From: Planctomycetota bacterium
GTDB lineage: Bacteria > Planctomycetota > Planctomycetia > Pirellulales > Lacipirellulaceae
Length of the DNA stretch: 64,000 nucleotides
Assembly: GCA_039190745.1 (NCBI GenBank)
Contig: JBCCXZ010000012.1
Span: forward strand, 1-64,000
Direction of reading: 5' to 3'
The position numbers were made by a program, and so were the translations under genes. Position 1 is the stretch's first letter. Every line of letters starts with the position of its first letter. Below the pieces are notes generated by a model. That model did no database searches. It was not told where the DNA came from and was given only the letters and a program-made list of their open reading frames with translations. Of the stretch, positions 28,810 through 37,975 are shown in pieces.

Positions 28810-30080
28810 GCCGACTGTTCACGAGCACGACCCGGGCGCCGCGGCCGCGAACCAAGCGTTCGTTGGCGGATTGGCTGAAGTGGGTCGCCCTCGAAGACCA
28901 TTGTGAATGGGCCAACCGCTACGTGGCGTGGCTGAAGACCCCGCTCGGCGTCCTCCTGGTCGGGGCATTTGTCTCGCTACTCAGCGGCCTGTTCGTTGCG
29001 CCGCAAGGGTTCGCGCTGCTGGCCGGCATCGTGATGGTCATCGCGGTTGGGCTCGCGTGGCCGTGGATCGCAATGCGGGGCATTCACGCGCAGCTTGAGT
29101 TCGCCTCTCGGCGAGGCCGTGAGGGAAAACCAACGGTCGCCAAGTTTGTTGTCAGCAACCGGTGGCCCTGGCCAGTCTGGGGACTCGCTGTTGACGACCC
29201 GTTCACTGCCGACTCCTCGGAAGCGGCGGCACTGGCCCGCATCGACGGCTGGTCGCGGGCAACCTTCGATTGCACGTTCACTCCCTCAATGCGGGGCGCA
29301 TACCCCCGGAAGAGTGTCCTCATCGGCACTGCCTTCCCTTTCGGCCTCTGGCGGGCATCGCGGCCTGTGAAGTCGGAAAAGCGTCTTATCGTTTGGCCGC
29401 AGACGTTTTGGCTCCCGCCGCTGGGCGACAGCAGCAGCCGCGTCGACTGGCGAGGCGTGCTCTCAGAAGACCGCGCAGGCGCGGAAGGCTTCCGGCTCGG
29501 CACGCGAGAGCATCGGCACGGCGATACGCTCCGCGACGTGCACTGGGCCAAGAGCGCACGCTACGACCGACTGATCGTGAGCGAACGCGAGGCTTCGGTT
29601 GTCCCTGAAATTGCCGTGTTCGTAGATACCGACCCAGCGAGGCACTCAGCGGCGGGCGGCGACTCGACCCTCGAGTGGTCGCTGCGCATCGCGGCGAGTA
29701 TCTGTGAGTCGGTGGTTGAGAAACAGGGGGGCGTTCAGCTTTGGCTAGGGAATAAAAGGGTCTGTGCCCACTCGACCGAACTGCACCTGCAGCGGCTTTT
29801 GGATGAAATCGCTCTGTTGCATCAGGACGGCGCGGAATCGTCACAATCCGGCGGCGCACCGCAACTCAGCAACGCGCCCGGCATCCGCGTCTCGATCGGC
29901 ACGCACCTGAGCCCGATCCGAACCAACCGGGCGATTGTCTTGAGCGGCTATGGATTCGGAGGAAAACAAGAGCGGGACGACATCAACGGCTGGATCGTTG
30001 TCGACACGCCCGAGGACGTAGCCGACCAGATTCTCAAAGGCTGGCGGAACGGCACGCGGAGGGTCAGCCGTGCCCGTTAG
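28806..30080 (+). CDS. DUF58 domain protein (MoxR-associated)
   Basis: N-terminal TMs, RGAYP...FPFGL, REHRHGDTLRDVHWAKSAR. ATGA overlap with the permease. Confidence 0.88.
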   Translation: MSRLFTSTTRAPRPRTKRSLADWLKWVALEDHCEWANRYVAWLKTPLGVLLVGAFVSLLSGLFVAPQGFALLAGIVMVIAVGLAWPWIAMRGIHAQLEFASRRGREGKPTVAKFVVSNRWPWPVWGLAVDDPFTADSSEAAALARIDGWSRATFDCTFTPSMRGAYPRKSVLIGTAFPFGLWRASRPVKSEKRLIVWPQTFWLPPLGDSSSRVDWRGVLSEDRAGAEGFRLGTREHRHGDTLRDVHWAKSARYDRLIVSEREASVVPEIAVFVDTDPARHSAAGGDSTLEWSLRIAASICESVVEKQGGVQLWLGNKRVCAHSTELHLQRLLDEIALLHQDGAESSQSGGAPQLSNAPGIRVSIGTHLSPIRTNRAIVLSGYGFGGKQERDDINGWIVVDTPEDVADQILKGWRNGTRRVSRAR

Positions 30081-32349
30081 CCAGCACCTTAGCCGTGTCA
30101 CTGTGGTGCTGGTTCTGATCGCGACCGCGCTCTTGCAATTTGCGCTAGACGGTCGCGGGGTGCACGATGGCCCTGCGTTGCTGGCCGTCTCCGTCGGAGG
30201 CGCGGTCTTCGTGGGGATGCTCGCCCGACGGCGTCGCTGGTCGGATTGGAACCTCGGCGCAGTTCTAAGCGTGCTCGCCCTTGCGTTGCTCCCCATCGTC
30301 TGGGATGGGGCCGCGCGGGTTTCCACACGGTTCGGCAACCCCTACGAAGTGCAGTTAGCGTGCGTTCTCCGGAACGCGATGCTCGGCTTGGCCGCAACGC
30401 CCCGCCTGCCGCGGGCCACGATCCAAGCCGCTTTCGCGAGCTTCTTCTTGGTCGTGTTCGGCTTCCTGTGGGCGACAGACTTCTGGTCTATCGGGCTGTT
30501 GGTCGCCTACTCGGCCGTCGGCGCGTGGTGGCTCTTCGCCGCGTACTGGGAAGGCCTCGGCGGACGGTTTGCCGACTCTTCAGAGCGTGCCGTCCCGGTG
30601 CGGCCAGCCCTCGCGGTCATCGCGTGCCTGGTGTTGTTGGCGTTGGCCGCGGCCCCCTTGGCGAGCCGGTCGAAAGCCACCACGGCCCTCGCCGGTTTCT
30701 TCCCGAGCTCCGGCGGGACGTTCTGGAACGACCCGTACGCGCAGGGAGGCGTCGGGGACGGCGATCAGATGGTTGCGGCGAAAGACCAGGCATCCGGCTT
30801 CGGACCGATCGATACCGATCTGTTCCTCGAATCAGAAATGCCGAGCCTCTACGACAGCTTTAGCGAGTTTTCCGAGGCGGAACCGGTCAAGAAGAAGCGC
30901 GTGCGGCGTGCCATACCGCTGGCGCCGTCCCAGATGCAGAGCAACCACAAGCGGCGCGGGCTCACGCAGCAATCCACCCGCGAGTTTGATACGGTCCGCC
31001 AAAACACGGCGCAGACCCCGGAGACCAAAGACCGGCTATCGGCGGCCTTGTTGCTGGTGAAGGGGCAAACCCCGCTGCACCTGGCGTTGGAGACCTACGA
31101 CCGCTGGGACGGCCGTTCGCTCATTGCCAGCAGCGAGCAGGCACCGCTGGAGACCAAGCTCCGCAACGCGGAAGAGGGCGGCCTCCGCTGGCTCGACCTT
31201 TCGATCACGCTGCCGAGTGACTGCTTTACGTCCTCTAGCCGGAACCAGGTGCGCATCGTCAATCTCAAGACAAAGCGGGTGCCAACACCCGCCGGAACGA
31301 GGAGCGTTACGCTCAGCCGGCTTCACTCGGGCTCGATGTTCACATTTGCCGACGACGGTTCTCTGGCGATGGCGGTCGACCACGTCCCTCAGCTTACAAT
31401 CTTCGAGTTCGAAGCCGGGCTCCGCGACAGGCACTCGACCCTCCAAATGGAGCAGTCGGCCCCAGAGGCAAGCGACGACGCGGCCACCCTCCTAGCCCGT
31501 GAGTGGGTGCGCGGCGTCCCCGCAGGATGGCCGCAAGTTGAGGCAGTGGTCGCTCGCCTGCGGCAAGACTACACACACGACCAGACCGCAATGGTTCCCA
31601 GCGATGCAGAAGACTCCGTAGAGTACTTCCTGAGCAATTCCAAGCGGGGTCCAGACTTTCTGTTCGCCGCCTCCGCCGCGGTGATGCTGCGGTCCCTGGG
31701 GTACGACACCCGAGTGCGGAGCGGGTTCTACGCCAACCCCGACCGATTCGAGCGCAACTCTGACTTGACCCCGGTCGTCGCCGAAGACGCCCACTTCTGG
31801 GTTGAGGTCCGCACCAGTAACGGGCTGCGGGTGACGAAAGGCGGTGAGAAACTAGCCGGCGTTTGGGCGACGGTTGAACCCACCCCGGGATACGAGTTGC
31901 TTTACGCCCCGGAAACGCTGCTGACCCGCTTTCGGCGAACGGTCGTGGCTTGCTTGTTGTTGCTCGCAGCCTACCCGATCGTTTCTTGCTCTGTACTGAT
32001 CGTCGCTGGCGTGGCTTTAGCGACCCGGCGCAGGTTGTTCGACGCGACGCTCGTGGGTTGGTGGTCGGTCCTTTCACGAGGGGCCAAGGCAGACCGGCTG
32101 GCTCGGCTAACGCTCCGCTTGCTGCAGTGGCGTGCGTGGGCTCATCGGCAGAGTCGCCCGATCGGGACCCCCCTTGGAAAATGGGAAACACTTTACGCCC
32201 ACGGCGACTTCGTCGCCCTCGCCTCGTGGGCGCTCTACGGCGAGGGCACACCGGCCCCCTTGCGGCCGCAGTGCGCCCGCCGAGCCTGCTGGGATGCAAT
32301 CCGAACACCTTTGCCACGAGCGGGTAGGCCGCAGGAAGGCCAACGATGA
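30070..32349 (+). CDS. membrane-anchored transglutaminase-like protein (catalytic Cys position is Asp)
   Basis: Multi-TM N-terminus, YDRWDG, RGPDFLFAASAAVMLRSLGYDTRVRSGFY, AHFWVEV, WATVEPT. Confidence 0.85.
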   Translation: MPVSQHLSRVTVVLVLIATALLQFALDGRGVHDGPALLAVSVGGAVFVGMLARRRRWSDWNLGAVLSVLALALLPIVWDGAARVSTRFGNPYEVQLACVLRNAMLGLAATPRLPRATIQAAFASFFLVVFGFLWATDFWSIGLLVAYSAVGAWWLFAAYWEGLGGRFADSSERAVPVRPALAVIACLVLLALAAAPLASRSKATTALAGFFPSSGGTFWNDPYAQGGVGDGDQMVAAKDQASGFGPIDTDLFLESEMPSLYDSFSEFSEAEPVKKKRVRRAIPLAPSQMQSNHKRRGLTQQSTREFDTVRQNTAQTPETKDRLSAALLLVKGQTPLHLALETYDRWDGRSLIASSEQAPLETKLRNAEEGGLRWLDLSITLPSDCFTSSSRNQVRIVNLKTKRVPTPAGTRSVTLSRLHSGSMFTFADDGSLAMAVDHVPQLTIFEFEAGLRDRHSTLQMEQSAPEASDDAATLLAREWVRGVPAGWPQVEAVVARLRQDYTHDQTAMVPSDAEDSVEYFLSNSKRGPDFLFAASAAVMLRSLGYDTRVRSGFYANPDRFERNSDLTPVVAEDAHFWVEVRTSNGLRVTKGGEKLAGVWATVEPTPGYELLYAPETLLTRFRRTVVACLLLLAAYPIVSCSVLIVAGVALATRRRLFDATLVGWWSVLSRGAKADRLARLTLRLLQWRAWAHRQSRPIGTPLGKWETLYAHGDFVALASWALYGEGTPAPLRPQCARRACWDAIRTPLPRAGRPQEGQR

Positions 32350-33305
32350 AGACTCTCGCCGAAACTTCGAGAATCGAGCACAACGCCGATCACGGGATCG
32401 TCGAAGAACTGCGTACCGAGTTGAACCAAGCGTTGCGTGGCAAAGCGGATGTCGTCGAGATGGTCCTTGCCTGCCTGCTGGCAAAAGGGCACCTGCTCTT
32501 GGAGGACCTGCCCGGTCTGGGCAAGACTACACTCGCCAAAGCCCTCGCGCACGCGGTTGGCGGCAGGTACTCCCGCGTCCAGTGCACGCCCGACCTGATG
32601 CCGAGCGACATCACGGGCTTCAACCTGCTGAACCAGAAGACCAGAGAGTTTGAGTTCAGCGAAGGCCCGGTGTTTACCGACGTGCTGCTCGCTGATGAAA
32701 TCAACCGAGCTACGCCGCGCACCCAGAGTGCGCTCTTCGAGGCGATGGCCGAACGTCAAGTCACCATCGACCGCGAACGCCGCCTGCTGCCGAGCACATT
32801 CTTCGTTATCGCGACGCAGAACCCTATCGAGAGCCACGGAGCTTACCCCCTCCCGGAGGCGCAGCTCGACCGCTTTGCGATGAAGCTGTCGATCGGTTAC
32901 CCCGACCCCGAGAGCGAACTGGCGATGCTCCAAGACGATGCGGCTACTGGAGGCGACAACGAAGAACGGTCGGCGGTCGTCGCCCCCGTCGCCCTTGGGG
33001 AACTCCAGGAGCACGCCCAGGCCACTATCGTCAGCGAAAAGGTCCAGCAGTACCTCGTCGCCATCGCGAGCGAGACCCGCGAGAACGAACACGTGACGCT
33101 CGGGCTCAGCCCCAGAGGGGTCCTCACCTGGCAACGAGTCGCGCAAGCGCGGGCTTTCCTCCAAGGCCGCAACTTCGTCACGCCCGACGACATACAAGAC
33201 GTTGCCGGTCCGGTGCTGCGTGTCCGGCTCGCCGGCGACTTCCCGGACGCAGACTCGTTCATCAAAGACCTGCTGGCACGCACGCCGGCGCCGACATTCG
33301 ATTAG
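32346..33305 (+). CDS. MoxR-family AAA+ ATPase
   Basis: HLLLEDLPGLGKT, RVQCTPDLMPSDITG, LLADEINRA, ATQNP, LPEAQLDRF, SPRG. Confidence 0.95.
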   Translation: MKTLAETSRIEHNADHGIVEELRTELNQALRGKADVVEMVLACLLAKGHLLLEDLPGLGKTTLAKALAHAVGGRYSRVQCTPDLMPSDITGFNLLNQKTREFEFSEGPVFTDVLLADEINRATPRTQSALFEAMAERQVTIDRERRLLPSTFFVIATQNPIESHGAYPLPEAQLDRFAMKLSIGYPDPESELAMLQDDAATGGDNEERSAVVAPVALGELQEHAQATIVSEKVQQYLVAIASETRENEHVTLGLSPRGVLTWQRVAQARAFLQGRNFVTPDDIQDVAGPVLRVRLAGDFPDADSFIKDLLARTPAPTFD

Positions 33306-33338
33306 CCCACTTCTTTACCCTTCTCAACAGAGCCTGCC

Positions 33339-33965
33339 GTGTTGCCAATAAGACTAATCCACAGATTCTGCCTGTTTACCGCGACTTCGGTTTGCCTCGC
33401 GTCGCTCGCCGGCTGCGGAACCAGCGGAGAGAGCGATTCCGAGCACTCGCACGGCCACGAGCATGACCACGACCACGGTCACAGCCACCGCCCGGAGTCG
33501 CTCCACGAAGCGGTCGCAGAGCTCGAAAGCCTTAGCGAGGCCATCCGGACGGCCATCGTTGACGGCGATCCGAAGGACGCCCACGACCCGCTGCACGAGA
33601 TCGGATATCTGCTCGAAGCGATCCCGGATGTCGCCGCAGAGACGGACCTGCCAGAAGAAGAATGGAACGCCGTGAAAGCCGCGAGCGAGCAGCTGTTCGA
33701 TGCTTTCGCCGAGATCGACAAGACTTACCACGTCGAGGACGGAGACAAGCAGGCGGTTTACGAAGACGTCTCCGCTGGTGTAGACGAGGCCATCGAGGAA
33801 ATCCGCTCGCGGCTGCCGCTCACTGGCGAGAAGCCTGATGCCAGTGACCACGATCACAGTGACCACGATCACGACGGCCACAGCCACGACGACGGCCACG
33901 ATCACGGTAGCGGGGACGAAGGCGAGGCCTCCGGGTCGGATGAGCGAGCCGAGGACTCGGAATGA
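33339..33965 (+). CDS. His-rich lipoprotein (candidate metal-binding protein)
   Basis: Lipobox SLAG-C, HSHGHEHDHDHGHSH, helical core with AHDPLHE, second His/Asp tract at the C-terminus. Confidence 0.8.
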   Translation: MLPIRLIHRFCLFTATSVCLASLAGCGTSGESDSEHSHGHEHDHDHGHSHRPESLHEAVAELESLSEAIRTAIVDGDPKDAHDPLHEIGYLLEAIPDVAAETDLPEEEWNAVKAASEQLFDAFAEIDKTYHVEDGDKQAVYEDVSAGVDEAIEEIRSRLPLTGEKPDASDHDHSDHDHDGHSHDDGHDHGSGDEGEASGSDERAEDSE

Positions 33966-35518
33966 GCGGCGCCGTCGAGGCGGTATTCTGGGGCGGGCTG
34001 CTCCGCTTTGCTCAAGCGACGCTCGCCGCCGCCCCGACCCTCTTGGTCGGGCTTGTTGTGGCCGGGGTCTTCCGGAAACTGCTCGGCCCCGATGCGACGC
34101 GCAAAGCATTCGGCGGCGACTCTTGGCGTAGCCTCCCACAAGCGTGGCTCTGGGGAATGCTATTGCCGGTCTGCTCTCTCGGGGTGATCCCCGTCGCGTA
34201 CGAACTAAGGCGCTCAGGCCTCTCAGGAGGGACGATCCTTGCCTTCTGCCTCACAGCGCCGCTCTTCAACCCGCTGTCCTTGCTCTACGGGCTGACACTT
34301 TCGTCTCCAACGGTGCTGATGGCCTTCGCGTTCGCATCGCTCTTGGTGGTCACCGTTGTTGGATTCACCTGGGACCGGTTGTTCCCTCACACTGCACAGC
34401 CTCCGTGCGAGGAACCCGCGGTGCCCCCGGGCTTGGGCAGGATCCTCTCGGTAGGTATGGCGTCCGCGAGGCACGCGGCCGGCCCGACACTCCTGTATTG
34501 TCTCATCGGGCTCTCGGGCAGCATGCTGCTGACGGTCATCTTCCCGCACGGGAGCCTGACCGACTCGATGGCCCACACCGACCGAACCGCCCCACTGCAG
34601 ATGCTACGGGTCGCGATCCCGGCCTACGCCACGCCGCTGAACGTCATGATGCAAGTCGGCGGAATGTTCGTTCACGGAAACTCGGTCGGAGCCGCCTACG
34701 TTCTGCTCGCCCTCGGCGCCGGCGCGAATCTCGGGCTCATCGCCTGGGCTTGGCGGACCTACGGCTTCGGCCGCGCTGCTACGTTCCTCTCGCTGCTGAT
34801 TGCGGTCGTCATGGTCATCGCTTACGCGGTCGAGGACCCCCTGTACTCGGCCGGCTCGGTCGAGCACCCGCACACCCATGCGTTCGACGTGTACGCTTGC
34901 CCGTTCCGTGCGGGCTCACGGAACCTTGCTGATCGGGCCCGGCGGCTACTCGCAGACGATATGCCGATGTACGAGCTTATCTCGCTAGCCGCGGTCGCAA
35001 CCTTTGTGGCGTCAGGGCTTGGGCTGCGGCGGTTCGATCCAGAAGGGCAGATCGAAGCCTCGCTGGCCAGCCGGGCACAGCCCGCAGAAGACGCACCGAA
35101 GTCGGTCTTGAACGCGGAGGTGCCGGGCCCGGTGCTCGGCGGCGTCGCGATCGCGGGCCTCGTCGCCCTGAGCATCGTGGGTTGCTTTATCTTCTACCCA
35201 GCTCCCGAAGAGACGCTGGAGGAAATGAGGTACGTCCGGGCCGACTTGTGGTCTTACGCCGCCTCGAAGGACGTGGAGAACACCGGCAGGTGCATCCAAC
35301 GGTACGACGACCTTACCCGCAGGCTGCAGGTCGGCTACTACCTGCGCACCCTCACGCTCACCGAGTTCCAGCAGTCCAAAGCACGCGTCCTGCGGGGGCG
35401 ACTGGAACAGCTGAAAGACGTTGTCGAGGCGGGCGAGTTCGACCGGGTACGAGAACTCAACACACGCGTGAGCGACGCCCACCAGAGAGTCCGCGAGGCG
35501 TTTGAAGGCAACGAGTAA
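33962..35518 (+). CDS. second DUF318-like permease with a C-terminal soluble domain
   Basis: LLPVCSLGVIP, LTAPLFNP, HPHTHAFD. ATGA overlap with the lipoprotein. Confidence 0.8.
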   Translation: MSGAVEAVFWGGLLRFAQATLAAAPTLLVGLVVAGVFRKLLGPDATRKAFGGDSWRSLPQAWLWGMLLPVCSLGVIPVAYELRRSGLSGGTILAFCLTAPLFNPLSLLYGLTLSSPTVLMAFAFASLLVVTVVGFTWDRLFPHTAQPPCEEPAVPPGLGRILSVGMASARHAAGPTLLYCLIGLSGSMLLTVIFPHGSLTDSMAHTDRTAPLQMLRVAIPAYATPLNVMMQVGGMFVHGNSVGAAYVLLALGAGANLGLIAWAWRTYGFGRAATFLSLLIAVVMVIAYAVEDPLYSAGSVEHPHTHAFDVYACPFRAGSRNLADRARRLLADDMPMYELISLAAVATFVASGLGLRRFDPEGQIEASLASRAQPAEDAPKSVLNAEVPGPVLGGVAIAGLVALSIVGCFIFYPAPEETLEEMRYVRADLWSYAASKDVENTGRCIQRYDDLTRRLQVGYYLRTLTLTEFQQSKARVLRGRLEQLKDVVEAGEFDRVRELNTRVSDAHQRVREAFEGNE

Positions 35519-35524
35519 TCGCGG

Positions 35525-35620
35525 CTAGAGCGCACAACACCGAAGCGTAGCGGCTTCTCCGTCGGAACAGTCGGCGAAAACATCGCCGTCGACGCTACAC
35601 GTATGTGCGACTCGCACTAA
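35525..35620. mobile_element. 96-bp dispersed palindromic element (MITE-like), copy 2
   Basis: 89/96 identical to 3850-3945. Confidence 0.65.
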
Positions 35621-36040
35621 TGGTAACTAGCACCTTGTTGCTTCCACGGTTCGGCGTTGTGGGCAGCATGGCGTCGGCGAGCGTCGTGAACGCATTGCTC
35701 GGCGTCTGCACGTTAGGCATGCACCGCGTCGGAAAACTAGCAGGTGCAGCACGACGCGACAGGAGCGGCGCCAGGTGCTCTTGCCGATGCTGCTGCACCC
35801 CAAGCCGGAGCGGGTCCGCTGCATCGGTCTGGCAACGGGGATCTCCGCCGGAGCGGCTATCGATCTCTCGCCAACGTGCGAGTTGACCGCGATTGAGATT
35901 TCGCCGTCGGTCACCGAAACGGCCAAACTCCTTATCGACGAATTCAACGCGGAGCTACCCAAGAGCCTACGAGGCAAGTTAATCGTGCAAGATAGTCGAA
36001 CTTACATCGCTGCTTGCGTCAACCAGTACGACGTTATCCG
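35620..36040 (+). pseudogene. relic of a membrane-fused spermidine synthase-like gene
   Basis: Fragment TLLLPRFGVVGSMASASVVNALLG in one frame, then QERRQVLLPMLLHPKPERVRCIGLATGISAG..TAIEIS..QDSRTYI..YDVI in another. Truncated at both ends. Confidence 0.65.
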
Positions 36041-36379
36041 TACCGCCCATAAGGCGCCGGCGAAGGGCGCCTCTACGGAGTTGAGCACTGCGCCGCCAAG
36101 TTTCTGCAGGGGTATCCTTCCGCGGAGCTCATCCGGGGGAAGGCCAGAACACCTTGCCACAATTAATCATTCACTGATCTCCGCAAGGCGAGATTCGTTG
36201 GACTCTACGAGGCAACACGGACTTAAGCTTGCCTAGGCAAACACAGTTGTGCTGATGCGTTTTCATGCAAAGCAAGATACGGCAACATTGGCGCCACGAA
36301 CAAAACAACAGGGGCAATAACGCCGCGCGGTTTGGGAGGAAAACTAAGCACAGGCCGCTATGGTCACCGTCACTTCCCG

Positions 36380-37975
36380 CTAGTTTGAGGCATCCGCCGA
36401 CAGTTCAAGCACGACGCACGACGAAACAGAATCGCCAACCGCTTGCAGTCGATCGGCCAAGGGCTTTGCGTCGCCACCGACCTTGAGCGTTGCGGGGACT
36501 TCCTCCGGCGTCACCGGCGTGCCTGTGAGCTCCTCGACCGCGGCGGCGTCTTGCACCGTTAAAATCGGCCCCAGCGTGAGCCTCGTCAGCCCGTTCGTTT
36601 TGAGATAGCCCCGGTTCGCTGCCAGCCGATTACCCGAGATGGTTGCGGTGGTCGCCTGCTCGTAAGTGTCGCCCCGGGCGGCCCGTTTGTCATGGTCGTC
36701 CAGCCGTTTCTCGGAGACCTCAAACGCGTAGTCGCCGTTTGAGACGCACGTGTTGTCCTGAACGAACACCCGTCGGCTGTTGCGGATGCGCACGCCGGAC
36801 TTCTTGTTGCCGACAATCATGTTGCCCGCGATCACATTGTCGGAACTCTCGTAAACCGCGACGCCTTGGTTGTTCAAATAGGCCCTGTTGTCGACGACGA
36901 CGTTGCCGGTGCACTCGCGGTCGAGCATGATCCCCGAGCCTGCGTTGCGGTGCGATTCATTCGCAAAGATAAAGCTGTCCGAGACGCCCCGGGAGCCGAT
37001 GATCCCGTGCCGCTCGACCGTCCCGGAAACGTTGTTCTGGGCGATGATCAGCCGGGTCGACCGGTCGTGGGGGTCGATCCCGTACTTGACGCAATCGCGG
37101 TACCGATTCCCAACGATCGCCACGTCGCGGGCCTCGTACGAATAAAAGCCGTAGAAGAGCCGTCGGAATTCATTGCCCACGAGAACCCCCGTCGGCCAGT
37201 CGTCGTTGACGCCCCCCCGCTCACGCTCGGGTTCGCTTGAGAGGCTGATCCCATACGACGTCGGGGCCGCGTAGCCCAAGTCCTGGAAGACGCTGTCGAG
37301 CAGCACGGTGTGCGAACGGATGTGCGACGCGAGATAAGGGCGGAAATGCTTGGGGTCAGACAGAGGGGTTGCCGCTCCCGAGTCTTCGTCCCAGGACGTG
37401 ACCAACGAATCCACAACCCACAGCGTCCCTGCGTTGATCACAAACGCCCCGTCGCCCGTCGACAGCCGCAATTCTCGCGTGTTCGAGCCGTTCACCACGA
37501 GGGTTGCGCCAGGCTGGATCAGTAGCGGCAGCCGCAGGGTCGCAACGCCCGCCTCCGACGAGGCAACCAGCGGGTCGTTGACCTGGGCTATCAACTCGCT
37601 GAGGGTGAGTGTCCCGCTCTGCGCGGCTAGCGCACGCAGGTCTTCGGTTCCCTGCCGCTCGACCAAATCGGCACGCCTGTTCGATTGGAGCGACTCCTCA
37701 AGAAAATCATCTCCGTCTGCCGCTATGAGACCCGCCACACCGTCCGAACCTGAGGGGAGGCCCCGGCGGACTGCAGCAGGCTCGAAAAGAGCGAGGTCCG
37801 GCAACTCGACATCCGGAGCCGCATAGACCTGGTCGCACGGGGCAACCACGTACTTCGATTCTTGGGCGAGCGCCGCCGGCTCGAAACCGCGACACGCCGT
37901 GGCGACCAGCAGCACAACCAACACCCGACCGCACGCACAGCCGCGTCGGGAGGACCCCGCAGGGGTTTCACTCAT
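36380..37975 (-). CDS. algG: AlgG-like poly(beta-D-mannuronate) C5-epimerase, exported beta-helix
   Basis: FRPYL, LGYAAPTSYGIS, YGFYSYEA, YGIDPHDRSTRLIIAQN, HGIIGSR..DSFIFAN, SGIMLDR, VYES and GVRIRNS, collinear with Pseudomonas AlgG as recalled. Confidence 0.85.
   Translation of the reverse strand: MSETPAGSSRRGCACGRVLVVLLVATACRGFEPAALAQESKYVVAPCDQVYAAPDVELPDLALFEPAAVRRGLPSGSDGVAGLIAADGDDFLEESLQSNRRADLVERQGTEDLRALAAQSGTLTLSELIAQVNDPLVASSEAGVATLRLPLLIQPGATLVVNGSNTRELRLSTGDGAFVINAGTLWVVDSLVTSWDEDSGAATPLSDPKHFRPYLASHIRSHTVLLDSVFQDLGYAAPTSYGISLSSEPERERGGVNDDWPTGVLVGNEFRRLFYGFYSYEARDVAIVGNRYRDCVKYGIDPHDRSTRLIIAQNNVSGTVERHGIIGSRGVSDSFIFANESHRNAGSGIMLDRECTGNVVVDNRAYLNNQGVAVYESSDNVIAGNMIVGNKKSGVRIRNSRRVFVQDNTCVSNGDYAFEVSEKRLDDHDKRAARGDTYEQATTATISGNRLAANRGYLKTNGLTRLTLGPILTVQDAAAVEELTGTPVTPEEVPATLKVGGDAKPLADRLQAVGDSVSSCVVLELSADASN

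Noticed and set aside
33440..33910. Short GACCAC-type tandem repeats
   Set aside because: They are the coding consequence of His/Asp tracts in the lipoprotein.
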